A DNA stretch of 64,000 bases. Source: Rhynchobatus australiae. Lineage: Eukaryota. The position numbers and the translations under genes were made by a program. The notes beneath the pieces are model-generated. The model searched no databases. It was not told where the DNA came from and saw only the letters and a program-made list of their open reading frames with translations. Positions 51,183-62,500 of this stretch are shown here, in pieces. Location: the NCBI GenBank assembly GCA_034780895.1, contig JAUZTB010000070.1:13896455-13960454 (forward strand), read 5' to 3'. Each line of letters starts with the position of its first letter. The stretch's first letter is position 1.

Positions 51183-51632
51183 CATTCCCAGGGCACGGGT
51201 TGCATATAGAGTGAAGCCCCCTCTACTTTGCCCTGTCTCTCACTCCCAGGGCATGGGTTGCATACAGAGTGAAACCCCCTCTACGCTGCCCTGTCTCTCA
51301 CTCCCAGGGCACGGTTGTATACAGAGTGAAGCCCCCTCATATACTGCCCTGTCTCTCACTCCCAGGGCAAAGGTTACGTACAGAGTGAAGCCCCCTCTAC
51401 ACCGCACTATCTCTCACTCCCCGGGTACGGGTTATAGATAGAATGGAGATGAGGGGTCTCTCTACACTGCCCTATCTCTCACTCCCAGGGTACAGGTTAT
51501 AGATCGAATGGAGATGAGGGGTCTCTCTACACTGTCCTGTCTCACACTTGCAGGGCAGGACCTGCACAGGATAAATACAAACTGAAGCTCCCTTTATTGT
51601 TGTCCCACCAAACATCCCTCGGGCAGGAACAG
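51183..51632. repeat. Tandem satellite, ~7.5 units of 58-68 bp
   Basis: Units start at 51183, 51241, 51299, 51357, 51415, 51480, 51545 and ~51613; consensus CACTCCCAGGGCACGGGTTGCATACAGAGTGAAGCCCCCTCTACACTGCCCTGTCTCT. Further units at 51838-51870 and 52094-52235. Confidence 0.9.
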
Positions 51633-51872
51633 AAAGCGAGAGTGAGGGATAACTACGTCCTGGGGTCTCTGCTCTGGATCCGTCGATGATTGAGATGGAC
51701 ACAGACGCCAGGGAGGTGTTAACGCTGCTGGACTTTGGCAGCTTGTCAGATCTTCAGCTCACACAGCCTTCAGTGGGAATGATGTTTGGGACTCCCACAA
51801 TCTAAAGTTATTTCTGCCATGTTCTTCAAATAATAAAAGGGTTAGGTACAGAATAAATCTCTCTCTACGGTG

Positions 51873-52093
51873 ACAAACAATCTGCTGGAGAAACTCAGCA
51901 GCTGGAGCAGCATCTGTGGGAGCAAAGGAATTCTCAACGTTTTGGGTTGAAACCTTGCATCAGGTCCTGATATGGGGTTTCACCCTGAAACGTTAACACT
52001 TCCTTTCTCCCCACAGACTGCTCGACCAGCTGAGTTCCTCCAGCAAATTGTTTGTTGCTCCAGATTCCAGCATTCCGCAGTCTCTTGTGGCTC
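51873..52093. mobile_element. Penelope-derived palindrome with two degenerate hammerhead cores
   Basis: Inverted arms 51873-51964 and 51966-52055 around a single T at 51965; CTGA...GAAACGTT-type core on each strand. Confidence 0.8.
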
Positions 52094-53094
52094 CAAAGCT
52101 CCCTCTCATTGTCCCATCAAGTGCTGGGCTGAGACAGCACAGGGTAGATACAGAGTAAAGCTCCCTCCATGTTGTCCCATCAAACTCTCCCAGAACAGGG
52201 AAGATACAGAGTGAAGCTCCCCTGTACTTGTCCTGATTCACCCTGTGTGAGTGTCTCCCTCCTGCAGGTGAGATTGTCAAATGTCCCCAGTTCCCACTTC
52301 CCAGGTCCTGTTGAGAGCTTTCAATGCCTTTTACAGTTGCTGATGTGCTCAGTCAGATCTGGACCTGGCTGGCACAGTGGGGTAGTGATGGGGCATTGGA
52401 GTCATAAGCAAGCCCTGGATTAACCCAGCCAGCCACAGTCTGGAGCCTTCCTGCTGCCAGTTGTCTGGGTGCCAGCGAATAGCTGGTGGGTGACTCAGCA
52501 GGCCGAATATAAAGCTAGCGTGCTATCAATCCTACCAGACATGCCCAGCAACCTCATGAAAGGATGGTTACTGGAATTGCTATTAGTAGACCGAGGCAGC
52601 ACTCCTGAGCTGTGATCCAGGCCTCGGCTGTTGTGTAACATGCTTTCCTCATCCTCCAGTGAGGCCTATCACTGGCCTTCCCACCCAAGGGTCACCGAGG
52701 CAGTGAAAGGGAGAGGGCTGGGGTGGGGGGTGAGTTGGTATCGCAACCCAATACGCTCAGACCCTAGCCCCTGGTACTTTGACTGGGATCAGCCCACTCC
52801 TGTTGATGAGGTCCCAAGGTCAATTGGACCAACCTCACCATCTCACCAACCCAATACTGATGGATTGTGCCCCTCCCTGCCTCTGGCTCAGAGGGGAGGT
52901 CGGGAATAGGGCTTACTGGTGAGGTAGGGGCATCTACCAAGTGTCATTGGGCCTAGTCTGTACAGCAGGAAACTGAGGCAATTGATTTGGTCACCTATTT
53001 TACCCAGCATCCTCTGCTGCACCTGCCCCCAGCTCCTAGACCCCAGCTTCACTCGTGATGTAAAACACAACGAAATTTGGAAATTCAGAAGAAA

Positions 53095-53490
53095 TTTCAT
53101 TTCTGGTCTGCCTGTCAAGATCTCAGGAGCTCCCAAATGGCCTTTCAGCCAATAAAAATAGTTTTTGAAGTATAGTTGATGTTGTTTGCAGGAAATGAGT
53201 TTGGTGATGGTACACAACATGATCCCACAAGAAACAATATGTTAATGACCAGATAATGTGCTTTACTGTAAGAAATATTTACCCAGATCTCTGGGGATAG
53301 CTGCTCACGGCTCAGATCTTCTAGATCCTCTGGATCAACATACATCTCTTACGCTGCATGTAGAGGGCGTAGGGTTTTGCTTTAACATCTCACCTGCAAG
53401 GTGGCATCTCCAATGGTGCAACACAGCCTCAGTGCCACATCTGGCACGTCAGTCTAGATTACCTGCTCGAGTCTCCAGGGTGGGATCTAG
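53095..53490 (-). mobile_element. Deu-domain SINE
   Basis: cagccaat...gatcccacaa...gaccagataat...tttaacatctcacctgcaaggtggcatctccaatggtgcaacac; reverse complement of the 54083 element. Confidence 0.7.
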
Positions 53491-53975
53491 GAACAAAAGG
53501 AACAGGAGCAGGAGTAGGCTAGTTGGGTCCTTGTGCCTGCTTCACCATTCAATAACATCGTGGCTGAGCTTTTACCTCAGTGCCACTTTTGTGCACTAAA
53601 TCCATGTTTTTTGATTCCTTTAATATCCAAAAACCTATTGATCTCTATCTAGAGTGTACTCTGCAACTGAGCTCCACGACCCTCTTGGATGAGAATTCCA
53701 AAGATTCACCACCTACTGGGTGAAGAAATTTCTTCTCACCTCCGCCCTTAGTGGCTGGCCCCTTATTTTGAGACTGAACACCCCAGTCAGGGAATTATCC
53801 CTACATCTACCAATGTCAAACCTTGTGAAAATGTTGTACCCTTCAATGAGATCATCTCTCATGCTAAATTCAAGATAGCACAACCCATCTGCTTAATCTC
53901 TCCTAATGGAAAAATCTCCCATTCAAGGAACTAATCTGGTGAACGTATGTTGTGCTCTCTCCACTGACAGGACAT
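53490..53975 (-). mobile_element. CR1 3' end
   Basis: ggagcaggagtaggc...gagaattccaaagattcaccacc..tgggtgaagaaatttcttctca. Confidence 0.8.
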
Positions 53976-54082
53976 CTTGAATGTAATGTATTGACAGAAA
54001 TGATGTCCTCAGATGTGAGGTCCTTAAAATTAACCTCAAAAGTTTACATTTATATCAATGTGTAATATATTTGTGTTGTAAG

Positions 54083-54578
54083 TCAGTGGCTCTCTGACCT
54101 CTGGGCCAATGGGTCTACAGTTCAAACCTCATACCAGTAGTTTAAACCCATAATCTAGGCTGAGTGTCCAGTGTGGTTCTGAGGGAGTGCTTCAGTGTTG
54201 GAGGTGCTGTCTTTCAGATGAGGTCTTAAACTGAGGTGCTGTCAGGTGGATGTCAAACATCCCATGATGTTGTTTCACAGCAGTGCTGGGGGAATTCTGC
54301 CCAGCATCTTGTGGTCAATACTTATCCCTCAATCAGCATTACTAAAACTAATCATCTGGTCAAGACTGTCTTATAAATTGGTGGCTCCCTGATCTTTTAC
54401 ATCAGAGCATCTATGGTTCAAGGCTCATAACATGTGGGATCTTGCTGTGCACAGATTGGCTGCTTTGTTTTCTAAATTACAACAGTGACAACAACTCAAA
54501 TGGTGCTTTGCTGGTTGCCCAGTGCTTTGGGATCTTCCGGAAGGGATGTGAAAGACAGCACAGGTGCAAATCTTTCTT
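54083..54578 (+). mobile_element. Near full-length Deu-domain SINE (SacSINE1-like)
   Basis: tRNA-like head with gttcaaacc; Deu core ctgagggagtgc...gtctttcagatgagg.cttaaactgagg...ggtggatgtcaaacatcccatg; tail gtgggatcttgctgtgcacagattggctgc...aaatctttcttt. Confidence 0.8.
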
Positions 54579-55439
54579 TAACCAGTGGGGCAATTAATAA
54601 CAATTGTATGTCTGGAAAGCAGCCCCTCAGAATTAAGTGAAATTGCCTGTTTCAAGCAGTAATGTTGAAAGTCACGCCATAATGTTAACTATTCCATTGG
54701 TTAAAATAAATCAGTTGCAACATTGTGCTTTGGAGATTCCCTCAGCTCCATTCATTCGTGTATGAGTCACCAAAATGAATAGGTGCACTGGCAGAGATTG
54801 ACCAGGAGGTGGCAACATTGTGCAGGATCCTCACCAGTTTGGTGGTCCAAGATTACAAATACAGACCCTGATCCCTGCACACCACAGATCCTGAGCCCAA
54901 AGCAGTAGGCATTTACTCCTGCACAATACCAACAACATGCACATGGTGGGGTGAAGTGTTGTGTGACTCTGTGACCAAGCCCAGGGTCTGCACAACACAA
55001 TGTCCCCTGCCTTTTCAACACAGTTGTGCAGTCTGCATAATACAAACTACTGAACCTGCTTAACACAGTCCCATGGTCATGGAGCTTGGTTCATCATTCA
55101 GTCAGGCTGATGCAGCACCTCCCCTCTGAGACTCAGCAAAGCGAAAGAGGAAGTTGAAAAGGAAAGCTTTAATGCTGACGTGCAGAATTTTAGAACAAAT
55201 CTGCTCTGATAACCTTTGTTTAAAAAAAATACTGAACTTGTGTCTCCTGTGCCCAACACAGGCTGAGTCTTGTGTTTTTTTTGTCAGTCTTGTATCGTTG
55301 TGCATGCCCAATTGATTTAAACACTGGTCGTTTGTTACTGGATATATCCAGGGTGTTTTATACATCAGTCCAGTATCACTGAATATATCTAACAAGGATT
55401 ACACACGGCCAAGTATCACTGTGTTTATATACTCTTGGT

Positions 55440-55625
55440 GCAATTGGTATGTTAAATTGGCCGCTGTGAATTGCCCCCAGTGTGTAGGTGAGTGGCAGAA
55501 TCTGGGGGAGTTGAGGAGTAAATGAAGAGAATAAAATGGGATCCGTGCAGGATCAGTGTAAATGGGTGCTTGATGGCTGGTGTGGTTTCAGTGGGCTCTA
55601 GAGCCTGTTTAGGTGCTGTGTGACT
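55440..55625 (+). mobile_element. HE1/V-type SINE 3' half
   Basis: aattggccgctgtgaattgcccccagtgtgtaggtgagtggcagaatc...gggtgcttgatggctgg. Confidence 0.75.
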
Positions 55626-56504
55626 CCACTGTACAATGGTTTGTACAGAGATCCAATTTCATTTAGTGATGTAGTTTTACATAGTTAATCTGATGTAACC
55701 CAATGCAACTTTATGAAACTGGATTTTACCTGTTGCAACTTGATGTAATCTTTCAACACATAATGACATTTGACTTCAGAAATGCTTCATTAGTGCAAAA
55801 TGTGTTTGTGACCTCCAGCTATGAATGGCGATATGTTAATGTCAATCTTTTCCTTTCATTCTTAAAATAGAACATCCCAGTGGCCTCAGAATTCCGGTGG
55901 ATCCTGAAGGGAATGCTGGCAGGGGCGGGCGATGATGTGGGGTTTGGTGACACACATCCCACCTCGATAAGGCTCTGCACAACTGAGACCTGAGATTTCG
56001 GCCACGCATCAGGATGCCCGAGTAAACCGTGTTGTCACTTACCCCGAGGGCCGGACATGTACCAAGTGGGATGGGGTGAGGGTTTAGTGACTGACTTGGA
56101 ATTGTCAGCAATGCCCCAGGTTCCACCACTCTTCACATGATGGGGAGGGGGGAGGAGGACGATGCTTCATGTAGGGANNNNNNNNNNNNNNNNNNNNNNN
56201 NNNNNNNNNNNNNNNNNNNNNNNNNNNNNNNNNNNNNNNNNNNNNNNNNNNNNNNNNNNNNNNNNNNNNNNNNNGGGGGTGAGAAGAGTTACCCACAACA
56301 GGAACTGTTGGGTCAAATTTCATAATTTACTATGAACACAATCAAGTCACATGGCATCCAAGGAAGATCAACACAATGCCATCCATTTCTCAAGGTCAAG
56401 ATCACAGTCTGGATGTGGGATTGCGCTGTGCGCTATTTGCAGCTGCACTTCCTACTTTGCAACCACGACTTCCAAGGGTGTTCTCAAAGTCTCCCCAAAA
56501 TAAT

Positions 56505-57530
56505 GTAACTCTCCGTTTGCAGCTGGATCCCCAACTTCCTCATCGGGAGACCAGAGTCAGTGCGGATCGCTAGTAACCTCTCCTCCTCGCTGACAATCAA
56601 CACAGGCGCACCTCAAGGACGTGTGCTTACCCCACTGCTCTACTCTCCACACTCATGACTGTGTGCCTAACCACAGCTCAAGCATCATCTAAAAGTTCGC
56701 CAATGACACCACTGTTGTTGGTAGAATCTCTGATGGCAATGAGGAGGTGTGAGTGAGGTAGATCAGCTGGTTGAGTGGTGGCGCAACTACAACCTCAAAC
56801 TCAATGTCAACAAGTCCAAGGAATTGATCATGGACTTCAGGAAGGGGAAGTCAGGAGAACACACACCAGTCCTCATTGGGGGGGTCAGCGGTGGAAAGGG
56901 TGAGCAGCTTCATGTTCCTGGGCATCAACATCTCAGAGGATCTGTCCTGGGCCCAACACATTGATGCCATCATGAAGAAGGCACACCAGCAGCTCTACTT
57001 CATTAGGATTTTGAGGAGATTTGGTACGTCACCAAAGAATCTTGCAAATTACCACAGATGTACGGTGGAGAACATTCTGGCTGGTTGCGTCGCTGCCTGG
57101 TACGGAGGCTCCAATGTGCAAGATCGGAAGATGCTGCAGAGGGTTGTAGACTCAAGCAGCTCCATCATGGGCACAACCCTCCCCACCATTAAGGAGATCT
57201 TTAAGAAACAGTGCCTCAAGAAGGCGGCATGCATCACTAAGGACCCTCAGCACCGGAGACATGCCCTCTTCTTGTTACTACTATCCGAGAGAAGGTACAG
57301 GAGCCTGAAGACCCACACTCAACATTTTAGGAACAGCTTCTTCCCCTCTGCCAACAGATTTCTGAATGGTCCATGACCCCATGAACACTACTTTGTTATT
57401 CCTTTTTTTGCGCTATATATTTATTTTGAAATTTATAGTAATGTTATGGCTTTGCATTGTAATGCTGTCGCAAAACAACAAACTTCATGACACATAAGTC
57501 AATGATAATAAACCTGATTCAGATTCTGAT
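56505..57530 (+). mobile_element. Rex1/Babar-type LINE, RT C-terminal half and 3' tail
   Basis: [31 protein letters not shown], and ORF 56876-57376 (AVERVSSFMFLGINISEDLSW..HQQLYFIR..FRNSFFPSA). Tail aataaacctgattcagattctga. Frameshifted. Confidence 0.88.
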
Positions 57531-57744
57531 CTACTCCAACTTGTGGAGTCTCTGGCCCACGGGCACTCAAAGTGGAGAAGGAGAATCTGAGACAGCGCAG
57601 AGCCCCAGGTCCGGAGAATGCTGAGACCAAGGGTGAGGGTTGAAGGAGGACCCCTCCTCCCAAACCACCCACCCATCCCTCCGGTCCAACACTTCCTGCC
57701 CCACCCCCAGTGCAGTCTCTGGATCCCACACTGGCCTTAATTTT

Positions 57745-58095
57745 TGGGTGGCACAGCGCTGCAGCCAGTAGAGCTGCTGCCCCACAACTCCAGAGACCTG
57801 GGTACGATTCTGACCTCCGGTGCTGTCTGTGTGGAGTTTGCACGTTCCTCCTGTGTGGTTTTCCCTCAGGATTTCTCCCACAGCCCAAACGTGCTGGTTG
57901 GTCAGTTAACTGGCCACTGTAAATTGCCCCGGTGTGTAGGTGAGTGGTAGAACAAGGGTGGGGGAGGTGGGAATGAAGGGAACATGGAGAGAATAGAATG
58001 GGTTTAACATAGAATTAGAGTAGATGGGTGCTTAATGGTCTGCGTGGACCCAATGGGCCGAAGGGCTGTTTCTGTTCAGTACGTTTATGACACTA
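57745..58095 (+). mobile_element. HE1/V-type tRNA-derived SINE
   Basis: ggtggcacagcg...gacctgggtacgattctgacctccggtgctgtctgtgtggagtttgcacgttc (tRNA head plus V-domain) and CR1-like tail gggccgaagggctgtttctg. Confidence 0.85.
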
Positions 58096-58539
58096 CTCAG
58101 AACGCACAGAAGTCAAAGCAAGTCCTCCTTGACCGGAGGGATGGTCTAAGGCCACAGAGAGTGGACCTCAGCAATACTTCATCAGAGACAAAGGTTCTTT
58201 GAGGCATCCTGATGTGAGACTTGCCTTTGTGTGACAACTCCAACCTACCTTCCTGTGTGACTTTGGAAATTCTCACTGGACACTTTGCAAAGGGTTTATG
58301 GCCTGACAGCAAGGTGAGATTTATGAGTCTGCAGCAGAGGGGGAGGAGTTTCCGGGTGCAGCTTTGAACAGCGAGAGCTCGGGTGCATTGGAATAAAACT
58401 AAAACCACAGAACAAAATGCACTGATGTCTGAGCGCTGAGCAAGTTATTTCAACCCTTTTACAAATAACAGGTGCCAGGAAGCTGGTCAGATCAGCCCTC
58501 TGAGATTTGAAGAGCTCTGTGGTTGCAAACAGGCAGAAC

Positions 58540-58645
58540 AAACAGGGCCAATCAGAACGGCAGTCCGACCACACTCGTGTCCAATGGGAGGCGGAGAAGA
58601 ATCAGCTTAGCAACAGGGCTATTTGGAGTCTTGACCAATTGTGTG
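58540..58645. promoter_or_regulatory. Promoter-like motif cluster (CCAAT x3, GC box, RFX half-site)
   Basis: GGCCAATCAG (CCAAT at 58548), TCCAATGGG (58581), GGGAGGCGGAG, CTTAGCAAC, ACCAAT (58635), in TE-free sequence with several CpGs. Confidence 0.4.
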
Positions 58646-59038
58646 TGAGCTGGCGGTTTGCTGCACAGTTCATGATTCAATGCAGCGAGCTGCTTGTGTG
58701 ACGCTTAGAGATCAAAACATGAGATATTGTCAGAGCTTCCTGCAGGACAGCAAACTGATGATTATGGGGGATTTCCTCAGCACTGGGAGAGAATGAGCGA
58801 NNNNNNNNNNNNNNNNNNNNNNNNNNNNNNNNNNNNNNNNNNNNNNNNNNNNNNNNNNNNNNNNNNNNNNNNNNNNNNNNNNNNNNNNNNNNNNNNNNNN
58901 NNNNNNNNNNNNNNNNNNNNNNNNNNNNNNNNNNNNNNNNNNNNNNNNNNNNNNNNNNNNNNNNNNNNNNNNNNNNNNNNNNNNNNNNNNNNNNNNNNNN
59001 NNNNNNNNNNNNNNNNNNNNNNNNNNNNNNNNNNNNNN

Positions 59039-59100
59039 GAGAGAGGGAGAGGGAGAGGGAGGGAGAGCGAGAGAGAGAGAGAGAGAGAGAGAAGAAGAAG
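59039..59100. repeat. (GA)n/(GAGAGG)n purine microsatellite next to an N gap
   Basis: Direct inspection. Confidence 0.95.
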
Positions 59101-60504
59101 GGCCTTAAAAATGGTTCAGGGGTCCACAGGATTTTGGTTATTTTTATCTGAATGGGTTTTAGTGAGAAATTAAACATTATTGAAAGTTGAGACCTTTACG
59201 GGGCTGTACATCCTCTGTACAGTGGACAGACCAAGAAGTGGAGGACCCCGTCTCTACAATGGTCTCCACTGATTGCCTCTGGACACTAGTCTGGTCTTTT
59301 TTAATGATGCTCCAAGCTTCTGGACCCTGTAGCAGTATCACTTGGTCAGGCTGCCGAGGGGCCAACTACAGGGTGGGGTCTTCTGCAGGCCCTGTGACTG
59401 CAGCCACCAACCCTCCTCCACTCCCCCCCCCCACCTGACCTGACACCTCCTTTGAGACCAGCGATTCCCGCCCCAGCCACCAATTAACCCCATCCCTCCC
59501 AAACATCAACTGGCTCCACCCCACACCTTACCCATTCAACCAGTCCTGCCCTTACATCCGAACCCCCCCGCCCCACCCACTGACCAGGACCTCCCTACCC
59601 CACTCATTCAGGCTCCCTTCACCACCAATGTCTCCCACTCTACTGATCCCAAATCTCCCCTGATGATCAAGGATTCCACTGACTACCAATCCCACCATCC
59701 CCAACCTTTCCCTCCCCAACTCATGCTCCCAAGCCCCACTGATCCTCGCCCCAATCCCTCCACCCATCAACTGACACTGACGCTCACCCCTGACCGCTCC
59801 CCAAATCCCCTGAGCCCCTCTTTCCCATGTTCCCTGAGCCCTGGACAAACCCGATTTCATTCATGCACCAGTGAAGGAAAGTCGTGTGTGTGTGAGACCT
59901 GAGGAGGAACGACTGGACCCAGCTCCAGTCAGGAGCTCTTGGGCAGGTTCTGGGAAGGAATCACCACACCTGGGGCACAGGTGGAATGTCTGAGCCCATG
60001 GCCATCCTGAATTTCTGGGCCAAACGATTTCTGCTGCTTAGAGAGAATAGAGCAAGGGGCAGAGTCTACAAATTAGAGGCAGCATTTCAGGAGTGAAGTT
60101 TGGAAGCATTTCTCTTCACGGCATCCTCCGACATCTCCCTCAAGAGCTGCATTCTTTTCATGAAAGCCTTCACAGGGCAGTCAGCCCTGGGTGGCTTTGC
60201 ACTGCAGACCAATCCAACCCTGGTGGCTGTGGGGCAGGATATGAGATCCATCTGTCCCCTGGGAGTTAACCTAATGCTGCCTGTTACATTAAAAAGAGTT
60301 ACAGTTTCACTTTCCTTTAAACTGGATGAAAGTGACACCACAGAACCAGACACATTGGTGTTTCTGCTCCCCTCCATCCTCCTGCCACCCTCTCCTCTCC
60401 CCCATCACTATCCCCATCCAGTCCCTGCCCCCTTTGTCCTGATCCAGCTTCCCCTTGAATCCAGTTCTGCTTTTCTCATCACTCACTCGAACTTCTTTCC
60501 GCTT

Positions 60505-60855
60505 TTTCTTTCACGGGACATGGGCAGTACTGGCAAGAACAGTGTTTATTATCCATCCTCATTGCTCCAGAGCTGAGCCCTGCTGGGTTTTATAGGGCAG
60601 TTAACAAATTCCTGTAAGTTTGGAGTCACATGTGGCCCAGATCAGAATAAGGACAATAGATTTCTTTCCTATGACTTTGTACCAACTTGATAGTCTCCTT
60701 GTCAACACTAACAGTTTCATTATTCCTGATTTATTAATTTACTTGGACTTAAATTCCCAGCTGCTGTGCTGGGATTTGAACTCATGTCTCTGGTCAATTA
60801 GTCCAGACCTTTGTACCGTTAGCCTAGTAACAAAACCAATTACCATTGCACTAAT
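60505..60855 (-). mobile_element. tRNA-derived SINE (same family as 36455)
   Basis: ggagtcacatgtggcccagatcag...ctgggatttgaactcatgtctctgg...tagcctagtaac. Confidence 0.75.
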
Positions 60856-60914
60856 ATAACCAGTAATATGCTACCACCACCTTCACGAGAAGCTTTTCCA
60901 AGACATGTTATGAG

Positions 60915-61495
60915 ATGAACTCTACAGATTCACTGTTGAATGTATCCTGACTGATTGCATCAAGGCCTAGCATGGAAATTCCAACACACAGGAACACAAG
61001 ACACTGCAGAGAGTGGTGGGCACAGCTCAATCCATCATGGGCACAGCCCTCCCCACCATTGCCAGCATCTATAGGAGGTGCTGCCTCAAGAAGGTGGCAT
61101 CTATCATCGAGGATCCCCACCATCCAGGTCATGCCCTCGTCTCACTGCCACCATCAGGCAGGAGGCACAGAAGCCTGAAGTCCCACCACCAGGTTCAGTG
61201 ACAGCTACTTTCCTACAACCATCAAGTTCTTGAACCAACATGCACAACTCTAAACCTACCGCAGCAATGGAACACTATGGAGCACCTCCTGCACTGGGAT
61301 GAACTTCTCTCTGATTGTGTCTTTTTTTTAGCACTAATGTCTTGGTCTTACACAGCCTTTTTTCCCTCTCTCTTCACTGTGTGGTATAATTTATGTATGA
61401 TTTATATTCTGTGTGTTGATTGAATTATGCTGCAAGCAAGTTTCTCATTGTACCTGTACCTCCCGTACTTGTAAACTCGACAACTTGACTTGAGG
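60915..61495 (+). mobile_element. Rex/Babar-type LINE 3' fragment
   Basis: QRVVGTAQSIMGTALPTIASIYRRCCLKKVASIIEDPHHPGHALVSLPPSGRRHRSL, homologous to the 57130-57310 segment; tail acttgacttga. Confidence 0.85.
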
Positions 61496-61959
61496 CACAT
61501 TCTGCCTTTCCACAATTGAGGTGGAGAACTTTCAGATGAATTCTTTATGTATTTTATTGGAGACTGTCTTATATTAGAGCCCCAGCTTACTTTGTGTTTA
61601 TTAGACCATTTGAGGGCTACAGGTGGACATGACAATTGTGTAGCAGTGGAATAATTGCTCAGACTCACCTGATACTTTAAGAATATTTGTGGCCAGAGTC
61701 AGTAATCCTACTGATTTTCAGAATTAGCCACGATGAGCCAGAGGCAAGTAAAGCAAAGGCAATTATTAATTAGTGGTTAACATTAGCTGGATGTTTCCCA
61801 CAGGTGGAAAAACTGACGAGAAGCAATATCAGTGAAATAGTCCAAGTTTAGAGCAGGAATAGCGGAACATGGGGGAAGGGGCGGGAATTTTACATGTGCA
61901 TATCTAAGGAGGAGGCAGAGCTATGACAGACGCTTTTTCAAAGACTTTTGAATTCTCTG

Positions 61960-62500
61960 CCTTGTTAATGAAGAACAAAAGCAACAAGATGGTGCTAAAC
62001 ATTTATAAATTGCTCCGATAATCCTCCGCTAGCAAATTGGGTTCAATTCTGGGCGCTGCTCTTTAGAAGGATGTTGAAGTCTTGGAGAGAGTGTGGAGAT
62101 GTACTGGAACCTTCCTAAGGGATGAAAGATTTTGTTACACAGAGAACCCAGCATTTTCCTCAAAGCAGAGAAAGTTAGGGGGAGATTTAATCGAGTTTTT
62201 AAAAGCTTGAAGATGCGGTGAAACAGGAGAAACTGTTTCCTGTGTAGAAGGGATGGACACAAAGATGTCAGATAACTGTCAAGAGAACCAGAGGGGAAGA
62301 GGAAGAGTTACTGTGATCTGGGACAAGCTGCCTGAGCGGGTGGTGGAACCAGAGTTAACAGGAACTTTCAGAAGGGAACTGGAGAAATTCTTGAATATTC
62401 AGGGTTATGAGGAACAGAGAGGGGAGTAGGATTAATTAGAGAGCTGGTTCCAAGAGCCAGAATACACATGATAGGTCAAATGACCTTCTCCTATGCCCTA
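61960..62500 (+). mobile_element. CR1 3' fragment
   Basis: caattctgggcgctgctctttagaagga...agggggagatttaatcgagttttt...gctgcctgagcgggtggtgga. Confidence 0.75.

Noticed and set aside
51183-51632. CRISPR-like regular repeats
   Set aside because: Whole units are homologous with no unique spacers, the DNA is eukaryotic and there are no cas genes.
56035-56135. Minus-strand segment ending in a strong donor (GGG|gtaagt)
   Set aside because: Weak acceptor, unrecognised peptide and adjacent to an N gap; it cannot be linked into a gene model.
56876-57376. 166-aa ORF as a host gene
   Set aside because: It is the C-terminal part of a Rex/Babar-type LINE RT ORF, with upstream frameshifts and a LINE tail.
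60087-60290. Minus-strand terminal-exon-like ORF (SIRLTPRGQMDL...)
   Set aside because: No recognisable protein, the stop end overlaps CR1-like sequence, and there are no partner exons.
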